Of a stretch of 30,461 bases of DNA, positions 1-10,345 are shown piece by piece; position 1 is the first letter of the stretch, and each line of letters opens with the position of its first letter. The notes beneath the pieces were generated by a model. The model was given only the letters and a program-made list of their open reading frames with translations, was not told the origin of the DNA and did not search any database. The position numbers were made by a program, and so were the translations under genes. The DNA lies in NCBI RefSeq assembly GCF_004010195.1, contig NC_057719.1, positions 46,324,021 to 46,354,481 on the forward strand. Reading direction: 5' to 3'. Origin of the DNA: Chiloscyllium plagiosum (Eukaryota).

Positions 1-157
1 AATCCTGGAATTCCCTCGCTAAGTGCATTGTATGTCACCCACAGCACATGGACAGCAGTGGTTCAAGGTGGCTCACCACCACCCTCAAGGACAACTGGGG
101 ATGGGAAATAAATGCTGACCCAGCCAGCAATGCCCACGTCCCAGAGAGAAAAATAAA
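1..157 (+). mobile_element. 3' end of an older CR1-clade LINE (same tail family as 14020-14172 and 3305-3375)
   Basis: aatcctggaattccctc...ggatgggaaataaatgctgacccagccagcaatgcccacgtccc...aataaa aligns by eye with aaaatcctggaaatccctc...ggcaataaatgctgacctagcttagcaatgaccacacc...aataaaa at 14021-14172. Confidence 0.7.
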
Positions 158-472
158 TCATAAAATCCATAGTGTGGAAACAGGCCTTTCAGCCCACAAG
201 TCCACCCTCTGAAGAGTAACCCACCCAGACCCATTCCCCTACCCTATGTTTCCCTACTGTACCTACCTTACACATCCCTGAACACTCTGGGCAATTTAGC
301 GTGATCGATTCACCTGACCTGCATATCTTTGGATGGTGGGAGGAAACTGGAGCACCCGGAGGAAACCCACACAGACAGGGAGAACATGCAAACTCCTCAC
401 AGACAGTCATTCGAGGCTGGAATCAAACCTGGGTCCCAGGTAGGTGCTAACCATTAAGCCACCATGCCACCC
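158..472 (-). mobile_element. HE1-family tRNA-derived V-SINE
   Basis: Reverse complement has the GGGTGGCATGGTGGCT..TGGTTAGCAC head, the V-domain GGGTTTCCTCCGGGTGCTCC and the CR1-like tail AGGCCTGTTTCCACACT. Confidence 0.9.
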
Positions 473-1159
473 TGTGTTACTAGTGCAGTTGATGGTAGCA
501 TTCTTCGGTTGGGACTCAGGCATATTGGTGGTGCAAAATGGGTGGACTTTACTCAGCATTTTATTAGCGTCAAAATCTCCCAGTCATGTTGTAATTCCCT
601 GCATTAGAATTTGTCACTATCATAAATGTACAAATTCCCCCTCGCAAATTTGTAACTACAATGTTAAAATAATAAACTATGCAAAGAGCTATTCACACAG
701 CAATGGAAAAAAATCAATCTTGTTTACTAGACATTTATATTTCCCACCTGCTGTTTGCCATCTGCCTCTGACTTCTTAATATGAAACACTTGGGGCCATC
801 TTCTGTACATTGGCAATATTTTAGAAAAGCAAGTTACTGTAGATAACAAAATTCTGCTGCTCAGAACCGATATGAAAAGAAAAGAACTTGTCCAATCAGC
901 AAGCAAACTCAATGATAACGTGCAGAATATTTTCTTCTCTCATTTCTGAATGTCACTATTTGATAAAGAGAATGAAGAAGGCTTCTACATTCATATAGTA
1001 CTTGTGTACGCCATTATTATTTCGACAATGAAGCTCATTTGCTAGTTCATACTTGCCAGATTTCAAGTGCCTCCAAATCAGCTCATAGATGGGGATATCT
1101 TCTCAATGGCAGAGCAGTTCACACATTGACTGAACTGCTGTGAACCATTATAAATTAAA

Positions 1160-1345
1160 GAATGCTTATAGCACAGAAGGCGGCCATCTGGCCCATTGTG
1201 TCCATTCCAGCTCTAAATTAGAGCTACACAGTCACGTGACCGTCTTTTCCCTGGAGATCTGCAATTTCGTTTTCACTTTATGCTCGGGTGAAGATTCTGC
1301 ACCCTGCTCCTGTCGGTTAACATGTACTACCAATGTTCTCAATTA
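1160..1345 (-). mobile_element. Decayed CR1 3' end remnant
   Basis: gcacagaaggcggccatctggcccattgtgtcc...ccagctct resembles the reverse complement of a CR1 tail. Confidence 0.5.
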
Positions 1346-1941
1346 CCAAATTACTTCCCCATTTACTTGACAATACAAATTAATCCACTTCTGGCAGCTA
1401 GTACTTTAAAATATAATAAAACCCTTGGTCAAAAATGACTTATGAAAGAGCTAGTATTGAGACTGCTCTATTTATCATAAACCCCGAACACTCCATTTCA
1501 GGTTGAACTCTGAATCATTCCCGGTCAGTAAACCTATGGCGACCGTGGATGGAAAGTTACAAACACTTCATTTAGATAAGTGTGTGAGTTTAATAACTAT
1601 TATTTATATTGTATTGATATATGCTAGCACAAACCGAATTTCAAGCAACACCAAATTGGGCATTGCAGCACGTAGGCGTTACTACATTTAATTCCTGAGA
1701 CATTTACCTCACATACCCACAACAAACCGTAGGTTTTTGACAGCAACTATAGGTTAGGCTGTATTATTGCAATATTAAGCACAAGAGTAGTTACATAATA
1801 ATGTTTAAAATGGCTACTTTGTACAGATCTTTAAACAAATTCGTTAACTAAATGAAGTAATAAATCACAAATTAAAAGAGCAACAAGCACACTGAATATA
1901 AAATCCTCCACACACACAAATATTGCTTCAAACTTTTCTGT

Positions 1942-2230
1942 TCATAAATCACAACCCCTACACTGTGGAAACAGGCCTTTCGGCCCAGCAAGTCCACACC
2001 GACCCTCCAAAGAGTATCCCACCCAGACCCATTCCCCTATTACTCCACGTGTACCCCTGACTAATGCACCTAACCTACATATCTTTGGATTTTGGGAGGA
2101 AACCAGGATACTTAGAGGAAACCTACACAGACACAGGGAGAATGTGCAAACTCCATACAGAAAGTCATACGAGACTGGAATCAAACCCGCGTTCCTGGCA
2201 CTGTGAGGCAGCAGTGCTAATTACTGTGTC
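1942..2230 (-). mobile_element. HE1-family SINE with an internal deletion and eroded 5' end
   Basis: cactgtggaaacaggcctttcggccc...gggaggaaaccagg...ggcactgtgaggcagcagtgctaa. It lacks the gggcaatttagcatggcc segment seen in other copies. Confidence 0.9.
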
Positions 2231-2587
2231 TGAACAACTTTTATTTAAGCTAAAACCATTCATCTGAGCCCTGTATCATGAAGATTACTCATCATTTTCT
2301 AGATCCCATTGGAGAATCAAAATCAAATTGGTTTCATCTCAAATCAACTAACTAAACTAACTGAGCAGGGTTACATAATCTGCAATGCACTAATGAAATA
2401 AAGCATGTTGAAGATATCAACTCAATGAGAGAGATGGCCATTGTTTTGTGAACTGAAATCATCCACTGGTAATCTTACTGTATAGCAGTGGCCACCCGGA
2501 GACATAATTTAGTTAAGATGCTTTTCATACACTAATTAAGACTAATAACTACTTATTACTAACAGTAAATAATTCCACTTAAAAGGA

Positions 2588-2939
2588 GACCATGGTGACT
2601 CAGTGGTTAGCTGTTGCTTCACAGTGCTAATGACCAGAGTTTGATTCCAGCCCTGGGTGATTGTCTGTGTGGAGTTTGCACGTTTTCTGTGTGGGTTTCT
2701 GCTAGGTGCTCTGGTTTTCTCCCACAGTCCAAAGATGTGCAGGTTAGGTGAATTAATCATGCTAAATTGCCCTATAATGTCCACGGATGTGCAGGCTAGG
2801 TGGGTTAGCCATGGTAAATGCGGGATTACAGGGATTGGGTGGGAGGTGCTGGGTCTGAGTGAGATGTTCTTCAGAGATGGGTGCAGATTTAATGGGCTGA
2901 AAGGCCTCTTTCCGCACTGTAGGGATTCTATGATTCTAT
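2588..2939 (+). mobile_element. HE1-family SINE, older subfamily with an internal tandem duplication and (attctatg)n tail
   Basis: Head ggtgactcagtggttagc, V-domain, two copies of gatgtgcagg(t/c)taggtg..catg, and tail cactgtagggattctatgattctat. Confidence 0.88.
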
Positions 2940-3304
2940 CAACCGGTGAAACTAAGCATCAACTTAAATGCATAATTTCTGGCAATACAATAAAATGTTG
3001 TAACATTTGTCCTAACATTGTTAAAAAGTAAAAATGTAAATCTTTCCAACTGCCATAAAAAACAGATTGGTAAAATATCTCCTGAAAAAAGCAAATAAGT
3101 AACATCTAAAGAAGTTCTAAACTTTTTCATTCACAGACATTGGAATAGGAAACTGAACAGCAAAAAGCAGTAAATATCTACAGTTCACCATGATTAAATA
3201 TTCCAATACATGCAACTTTCCATTAGATTTTAAGAACAAAATCAACAGTAGTGCAATGTAGTTGAAACTTAACTACGGTCTAAAATATCTATGCAAGCCA
3301 CTTA

Positions 3305-3375
3305 GTTCGAGGACAACTGGGGAGAGGCCATAAAAGTCAGCCTTGCCTGCAACTCCTGTATCCCACAAAATAATT
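3305..3375 (+). mobile_element. Short decayed LINE tail remnant (family of 1-157)
   Basis: gaggacaactggggagaggccataaaagtcagccttgcctgcaactcctgtatcccac resembles aaggacaactggggatgggaaataaatgctgacccagccagcaatgcccacgtccc. Confidence 0.5.
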
Positions 3376-3637
3376 TTTACAAGAGTCTTATGGACAAAAG
3401 GTGTTCCACCTACCAACTGCTGCAAATGGCCTATTAATGTCTGATTTACACCTACCCTGGACCTTCAGGTTGTGGCACTCATTGGCAGCTCTGCAACCTG
3501 ACAACAATGCACCACTGAGGGGCTCCCATTTTCCTCCACGTTTCTAGAAAGTTTTCAATATTTCTCCTACATTTTGCCATAATCAGCTTAGGCATTGCTG
3601 GTGCATTTACAGGTACAGGAGAACTGACCTTGGACAG

Positions 3638-4118
3638 ATGCAAGAACCCAAGAACTGAGAGCAGGAGTAGGCAATTCAGCCCTTTTAGCCTGATCCACAA
3701 TTTGATTCGATCATGGCTGATCTCATCTTGGCCACAACTCCACTTTCCAACATCCTACAGTCCACTAATTAAAATCTGTCCATCTTATCCTTAAATTTAC
3801 TCAATGTCTCAGTGTCTACTACAGATTTACAATCCTGAGAGAAGTAATTTCTCATCTGTTTTCAATCTGCTACCCCTTATCCTAAAACTATGACCTTTCA
3901 TTCTAAATTGCCCATGAAGAAACATTCTTTCTACAACTGTCAATCGTCAATTCCTTTCAGCAGTTTATATATTTCAATTGGATCTCCTCTCATTCTTCTA
4001 AACTCCAAAGAAATTTTTTAATCTCTCTTCATAAAACAAACTGCTTCTCTCTGGAATCAATCTAGTTAACTCTTCCAAACTGCCTCCAATGCAACAACAT
4101 CCCTCAAGTAAGGGGACC
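3638..4118 (-). mobile_element. CR1 LINE 3' fragment (gcaggagtaggccattc-tail subfamily)
   Basis: agaactgagagcaggagtaggcaattcagccc...atcatggctgatct...ggatctcctctcattcttctaaactcc...aaggggacca is the antisense of a CR1 ORF2 C-terminus plus 3'UTR. Confidence 0.85.
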
Positions 4119-4782
4119 ATAGCTCCCTGAAAGTGGCAACACAAGTGGATCAGGTGGTAAAGGAGGCATACTGCATGGCATGCTTGCCTTCATTGGTCAG
4201 GGCATTGAATATAAAAGTTGGCAAGTCATGTTGTAGCTGTCTAATACTTTAGTTTGGCCACATTTAAAGTATGTTGTGCATGATTCAAGTCATCATACTT
4301 TAAAGGAGGATGTGGAGGCTTTGAAGAAGATGCAAAAGAGGTTTACCCAAATTGGAGTGTACTAGCTACAAAGAGAAGTTGGACAAACTTAGATTGTTTT
4401 TGCTCGAGCATTGGAGGCTGAGTGATGACCTGATAGAAGTATATTAGATGTGAATATAATATACACATGGATAGAGTGGATATTTGGAGTATTTTACTCA
4501 GGATGGAAATCTCAAATACTAGAAGGGGGGAGCTTTAAAGTGAGAGTGGGAAGTTTAAAGGAGATGTGCAAAGCAAGATTTATTTTAAAACAGAGGGTGG
4601 TAGGTAACTGGAACGTGCTGATGGGGAGGTGGTAGAAACAGATATGATAGCAATGTTTAAGAGGCATTTGGATATGAACAGGCAAGGAATAGAGGGATAC
4701 AGACCATGTGCATACAGATTGGATTCGTTTGGCATCATAGTCACCACACATGGTGGATCAAAGCTGCACTGTTCTTATGTTC
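4119..4782 (+). mobile_element. CR1 LINE 3' fragment
   Basis: tagctccctgaaagtggc...ggcatgcttgccttcattggtcagggcattgaatataa...ggaggctgagtgatgacctgatagaagt...ttcttatgttc, a decayed ORF2 C-terminus and tail. Confidence 0.88.
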
Positions 4783-5221
4783 GATTTCAAACATTTGAGT
4801 ATGATTTTTGTTCATGCAGATCTATGCAGGTGAAAACCCCTAGAGATTATTATCTGTTTCTATTCTCTGTCACACCAAGTTTATTGCCTGTTTTTTTTTT
4901 GATATTTATTGATATCCCACATCAATGCAACATGATGTGGGATATTTACAAAAAACAAATATCCTATTTTTGAATTTAAAAAAAAATTAGCTGAATCTCC
5001 TGGAATATTTCCACTTCTTTTTGGATAACTTTACCAAATTCAACAGCTTTATGAAGAAGCTCTTTTGGTTATCTCTAGCTCTTTAAACATCACAGCACAA
5101 CGAAGGTGATAGCATTGCTTGGTTTACAGGATTTTGGGGATGTTTTTACTGGAGGCAAGTAACTTGTGGTATGGGATCCAACTAACCCCAGGACCAGAAG
5201 TCAGGCTTATAACTAAAAAAC

Positions 5222-5792
5222 ACGCTCTTGTGGCACATTGGTAGTGTCACTACCTCTGGAATATGAGGCCTGGGTTCATTCAAAGGGATGCTGAGGAGGT
5301 TCACGAGGTTGATTCCAGATTTGTGAGAGTTGGCTTATGAGGAGAGATTGAGTAAACTGGGACTATACTTATTAGAACTTAGAAGAATGAGGGGGGATCT
5401 TATAGAAACATATAAAATTATGAAGGGAATAGATAGGATAGAAGCAGGGAGGTTGTTTCCACTGATAAGTGGAACTAGGGGGCACAGTCTCAAAATAAGG
5501 AGAAACTTCTTCATCCAAAGGATTGTGAATCAATGGAATTTCTTGCCTACTGAAGCAATATTTTAAAGGCAAAGATAGATAGGTTATTGAAGAGTAAAGG
5601 AATTAAGGGTTATAGTGAGTGGCCGGATAGGTGGAGCTGAGTTCATGAAGACATCAGCCATGATTTTATTGAATGGCAAAGCAGTCATGAGGGGCCAGGT
5701 GGCCTACTCCTGCTCCTAGTTCTTATGTTCTTGTCTCCACCTGCTCCAGAGGTGTGTAATAACATCTACAAACAGGCTGATTAGAAAACACC
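5222..5792 (+). mobile_element. Short tRNA-headed SINE-like element (5222-5278 and 5733-5792) split by a CR1 insertion
   Basis: A-box-like tggcacattggt. The B-box gggttca|gtctcc is interrupted by the CR1 and resumes with cacctgctccagaggtgtgtaataacatc. Confidence 0.6.
5281..5732 (+). mobile_element. CR1 LINE 3' fragment
   Basis: ORF 5330-5566 (YEERLSKLGLYLLELRRMRGDLIETYKIMKG) is the CR1 ORF2 C-terminus. Tail ggcctactcctgctcctagttcttatgttctt. Confidence 0.92.
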
Positions 5793-6007
5793 TATAAACT
5801 TTGAAAAAGACTAAATGTTACCTAAATAATTAAAAATTGAACTAAATACAAATTTTAAATATTTATATCCTGCAGGGAGAAAGATAGATAGGTTATTGAA
5901 GAGTAAAGGAATTAAGGGTTATAAACTTTGAAAAAGACTAAATGTTACCTAAATAATTAAAAATTGAACTAAATACAAATTTTAAATATTTATATCCTGC
6001 AGGGAGA
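5571..6007 (+). repeat. Composite local duplication A(5571-5614)...B(5793-5880)-A'(5880-5923)-B'(5920-6007)
   Basis: The 44-bp A and 88-bp B blocks each occur twice and look identical by eye. Confidence 0.93.
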
Positions 6008-6387
6008 TGGGACTAATTGGGACGAATGTCGATGGTTCAAAAACTAGTTGAAAGAGTAGTCAGCAAGAAAGAGAGATTTAATAAAAACACAGGTGCACAG
6101 GCAAAATGCAGTAGAGCAAAAAGTAATTTCAACAGTAAAATAGCAGAAGAGGTGAGAATGTTAAAAAGTAGCAAATATACTGGAATGATTACATCCTTCA
6201 AACAATTACTGTACATGAAGAACACTTCCAGTCCAGACACCATACGCCTCCGTTGCCCTGTACTCCCCAAACAAAATGATCACATCAAAATTCAGGTTGT
6301 TAGTGTGAATGCAATGGAAATTCTTTAAAAAACTGATAAGACTTGAAAGAATTAAATCCTTAAGAGACAACGGGTAATTATCTCAAG

Positions 6388-6443
6388 CTCTGGCAGCTCA
6401 TTCCATACACAGGCCACCCTCTGCATGAAAAAGTTGCCCCTTA
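6388..6443 (-). mobile_element. Small HER1/CR1 fragment
   Basis: ctctggcagctcattccatacac..ccaccctctgcatgaaaaagttgcccctta matches 26613-26667. Confidence 0.75.
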
Positions 6444-6479
6444 TATTCAAACAAACGTGACAAAACAGATGCAGGGAAC

Positions 6480-6890
6480 TGAAATCCATTATCATCAGTT
6501 GTGTGTAAACAACAGGATTGATTAGGGGTAAACCTTCGCCAAAATGCCAAAAATAATGGATACAGGTTTGACTGAGTAACAGTAAAAGGAGTGGGACACT
6601 GAGTATGTTAGAACTCAGTAGTGAGACTACTGCTGTTTCTAATTTACGTCAATGCTTTGATAGTAGCAGGTCAATGGAAACAGATCAAATTTGCAGATGA
6701 AATCAAACTGTGCAGGGCAGCAAATCAAAGAAATCATCCCAGTAAGTGTAGATTGAGCTAAATAAATTAGATGAGTGGGATGATCACTGGCAGATGAAAT
6801 TTAGTGCAGACAGTGTAAGTATTCTACATAGGAAAGAAAACAAAGTATCACAAATACTATGAACAGTGCTAAAATAGCTGCAGTAAAGAG
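6480..6890 (+). mobile_element. Old CR1 reverse-transcriptase fragment
   Basis: Decayed motifs LLFLIYVNALD-like, KFADEIKL (FADD box) and WQMKFS. Confidence 0.7.
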
Positions 6891-6899
6891 AGGTCAGGA

Positions 6900-7696
6900 A
6901 TGGAGTTTAGATAAATGCGAGGTGCTGCAGTTCGGAAAAGCAAATCTTAGTAGGACTTATACACTTAAAGGTAAGGTCCAAGGGAGTGTTGCTGAACAAA
7001 GATCTTGGAGCACAGATTCATAGCTCCTTAAAAGTGGAGTCGCAGGTAGATAGGATAGTGAAGGCAGCGTTTGGTATGCTTTCCTTTATTGGTCAGAGAA
7101 TTGAGTACAGGAGTTGGGAGGTCATGTTGCGGCTGTACAGGACATTGGTTAGGCCACTGTTGGAATATTGTGTGCAATTCTCGTCTCCTTCCTGTCGGAA
7201 AGATGTTGTGAAACTTGAAAGGGCTTAGAAAAGGTTTACAAGGACGTTGCCAGGGTTGAGCTATTGGGAGAGTGAAAAGACTAGGGCTGTTTTCCATGGA
7301 GCATCAGAGGCTGAGGGGTGACCTTATAAAGATTTATAAAATCATGAGGGGCATGGACAGGATAAATAGACAAAGTCTTTTCCCTAGGGTGGGGGAGTCC
7401 AGAACTAGAGGGCATACCTTTAGTGTGAGAGGGGAAAGATAATAAAAGAGAGCTATGGGGCAACTTTTTCATGCAGAGGGTGACCTGTGTATGGAATGAG
7501 CTGCCAGAGGATGTGGTGAAGGCTGGTACAATTGCAACATTTAAGAGGCATTTGGATGGGTGTATGAATAGGAAGGATTTGGAGGGCTATGGGCCAAGTG
7601 TTGGCAGGTGGGACTAGATTGGGTTGGGATTTCTGGTCGGCATGGACAAGTTGGACTGAAGGGTCTGTTTCCGTGCTGTATATCTCTATGACTCTA
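6900..7696 (+). mobile_element. HER1-type CR1 LINE, 5'-truncated
   Basis: ORF 6986-7228 (DLGAQIHSSLKVESQVDRIVKAAFGMLSFIG...RTLVRPLLEYCVQF). Tail gaagggtctgtttccgtgctgtatatctctatgactcta. Confidence 0.95.
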
Positions 7697-7799
7697 AGTC
7701 CTCACAATCTCAACATATTCAACCAATGCACTGGCAGCAACTAAAACCAATTAGATATTGAATTTTGTAGTGAAAATAGTAAGAGGAAATCAACTGTGC

Positions 7800-9750
7800 A
7801 GTACGGATCAGATTTTGTCTTCAGTTCTGTAAAAGTGGAAAGCAAGAGTTTCTGTAGATATCTGAAGATGAAAAAAACAATGTTTTTTTCTACAGGGTAA
7901 GAATGGGAGTTAACGAATAAAATAAACAAATAAAACAAATGGATGAAATGAATAAACATTTTGCTAACGGTATTCACGATAACACATTAAAAATATCTAT
8001 TTACAGTATTGGCTGTAAATCAGTAGATGAAAGGTAGAGAGGAATTTCATGGAATTACAGTAACTTGGGAAGTGGTATTGTGCAAACTGATGGAACTGTG
8101 GGCTGACAAACTCCTCAGGTCCTGATTAGGCATCAGCCTTGTATTTTAAAAGAGGTGGTTAATGAGGTAACAGATATTTTGGTACTAATTTTCCAAAATA
8201 TGCTCGATTCTAGGAAGCTTCCATCAGATTGAAAAGTAGCAAATATAACCTTGTTTTTCTTTTAGAAAAAAGGACAGAAGAAGAAATTGAAAATTATAGG
8301 CAGTTAGCTTGATGTCTACTGTGGGTAAGGTCTTAGGATCAATCATTTAGGTGTTTATAACTGCACACTGAAAAATCCAAGGTAATTGGAATGTGTCAAT
8401 GTAGTTTTGTGAAAGGAAAATAATGTTTAACCAACTTAATTGAAGTTCTCTAAGCAAGTAATACGCACCATAGATAAAGGGGAACCCCGCTTACGTCCAA
8501 TATGTGGATTTCCAGAAGGTATTCGATCAGGTGCCAAATTAAAGGCTATTACACAAAAGTAGGATCTCAGAGTACAAGGGCAACATAATAACATGGACAG
8601 AAGATTGGCTGGCTGACAAATAACGGAATTATGGAATTTATGCAAATGGGTCTTTTTCTGCTTGGTAGGTTGTAATAAGTAGGGTTCCAAAGGTGTTTAT
8701 GCTGGGGCCTCAACTTTTTAAAATTCATATCAATGACTTAGATGAGGCGACTGAAGGTATGTTAAAAGATATGTTGCAAAGTATGTTTTAATGAGGACAT
8801 AAGATTGAAGACTAATATAGATAGGTTAAGTGAGCAGACAAAAATCTGGCAGACCCTGGGTATATTGTGGGAAACCATGAAGTTGTTCACTTTGAAAAAC
8901 GTGACTCTTACTTAAACAAAGAATCACTTCGAGGTGCAGGAGAATCCAGATCAGGGCTTTGAAACTGTGGGCCACAGCTTCTAGTAGCATTGCCAGTTAA
9001 TAGTTTGAGGTTGTGGATTCTGATACTGCAATGGCTGCCATGGAACTTCGACTAAGTGCTAGCAGCTACGAGGCCCCATTACTTCAAAATAATGTGCTCA
9101 ACGATCGATCGGATTGTGTAGGCTGAACCATGTCCTTAAAAAAACCTAAAGAGAAAATAGATGCCTTTTACTTATAAACCCTGTGGATTAAACAGCTCTC
9201 TCGTTTGCCACTCTCATAGGTCCCTCATTTGCTCCCCTAACCACCAACCATTCTCAGGTATCTCACTCTCCCCCTAGCTCCAATGTTCGCAGTTCTGAGG
9301 TTGCGCTAACATTTGTCCATTAAAATGTAGTCACAATGAGAAAAAAGATTGCAAAGCATTAATCTTGGTGCCCAAGTGCATACATCATGGCAAGAATACA
9401 TCTCAAATACCGTGGCCAGTTTGGTCTCCGTAATTTAACGAAGGCTGTAAATGTTTTGGAGACAGTTCAGAGGATGTTTATGAGATTGATACCTGGAAGG
9501 TTACCTTAGGAAAAGTTGGACAGATGGGCTTGTTTACACTGGATCTTAGAACAGTGACTGGCGATTTGATTGAAGTAAACAAAATTGTGAATGATTTTGA
9601 CAAGGTGGACATGGAAAGGATGTTTTCTCTTGTTGATAAGTCCAGAACTAGGAGGCAATGCTTTAAAATTAGGATCACTCTTTTATAAAAATGTATGGAG
9701 ATATTTATCCTCTCAGAGGGCTGCGTGATTTTAGAAATCTCTGCCTCAGC
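7800..9750 (+). mobile_element. Old, heavily decayed CR1 ORF2 (RT region to C-terminus), interrupted at 8952-9361
   Basis: Degenerate CR1 RT landmarks in order: gctgacaaactcctcaggtcctgat (DKSPGPD), gattgaaaagtagcaaatataacc (DWKVANIT), aattataggcagttagc (NYRPVS), gatttccagaaggtattcgat (DFQKAFD), atcaatgacttagat (INDLD), then the C-terminal ggcgatttgattgaagt. Confidence 0.85.
8952..9361. mobile_element. Probable hAT (Charlie-like) non-autonomous DNA transposon
   Basis: Starts cagggctttgaaactgtgggcc and ends gtcacaatgagaaaaaagattgcaaagcatta (degenerate TIRs). Flanked by a degenerate 8-bp TSD, atccagat / atcttggt. The CR1 reading resumes across it. Confidence 0.55.
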
Positions 9751-9939
9751 TGGAAAGACAGGAGAGAATGATTTTCATTCAGCAAAGAAGCACTGGAAAC
9801 GTGATAGGAGAAGAATAAGATAGGACTTTGTACAAGAAAGACTAATCCACACATACCACTTTAAAACCACAGTGGAAGTGCCATATGAGGGCTCTAAAGG
9901 ACAATATTTTTTGGGATGCAGCTATTGTATGAAACACCA

Positions 9940-10345
9940 TTTCTTACCCATCCCTGAGTACATACTGATGGCTGCCTCTTTGAAACTCTGTGGTGATTTG
10001 ACACAACAGAGTGACACTTCAGAGGGCTGTTAAGAGGGGCGGCACAGTGGCTCAGTGGTTAGCATTGCTGCCTCACAGCGCCAGGGACCCGGGTTCAATT
10101 CTTGCCTTGGGTGACTGTCTGTGTGAAGTTTGTACATTCTCCAGATGTGCAGGTTAGGTGAATTGGCCATGCTAAATTGCCCACAGTCAGGGGTAAATAT
10201 AAGGTAGGTGAATGGCTCTGGGTGAATGGCTCTTCGGAAGGTCGGTGTGGATTTGTTGGGCTGAAGGGCCTGTTTCCAAACTGTAGGGAATCTAATCATG
10301 TTGGCGTCAGACTGGAGTCATAGGGAAACCAGGTTGGATAAGTAG
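9940..10345. mobile_element. Older short repeat hosting the HE1 SINE
   Basis: The flanks ...cacttcagagggctgttaagag | catgttggcgtcagactggagtca resemble a recalled shark repeat (ttcagagggcagttaagagtcaaccacattgctgtgggtctggagtca). Family uncertain. Confidence 0.4.
10037..10297 (+). mobile_element. HE1-family SINE with most of the V-domain deleted
   Basis: Intact head gggcggcacagtggctcagtggttagc...gggttcaattc. It jumps from cattct to ccagatgtgcagg. Tail gaagggcctgtttccaaactgtagggaatctaatc. Confidence 0.92.

Noticed and set aside
6017..6328. 103-aa Lys-rich ORF
   Set aside because: Non-ATG start, A-rich composition and no recognisable homology or splice context; likely chance.
9029..9040. Minus-strand WQPL resembling DDHD1 exon 2
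   Set aside because: The flanking residues (VEVP-WQPL-QYQ) do not match FIDGT-WQPL-EEE, and the site lies inside a putative MITE.
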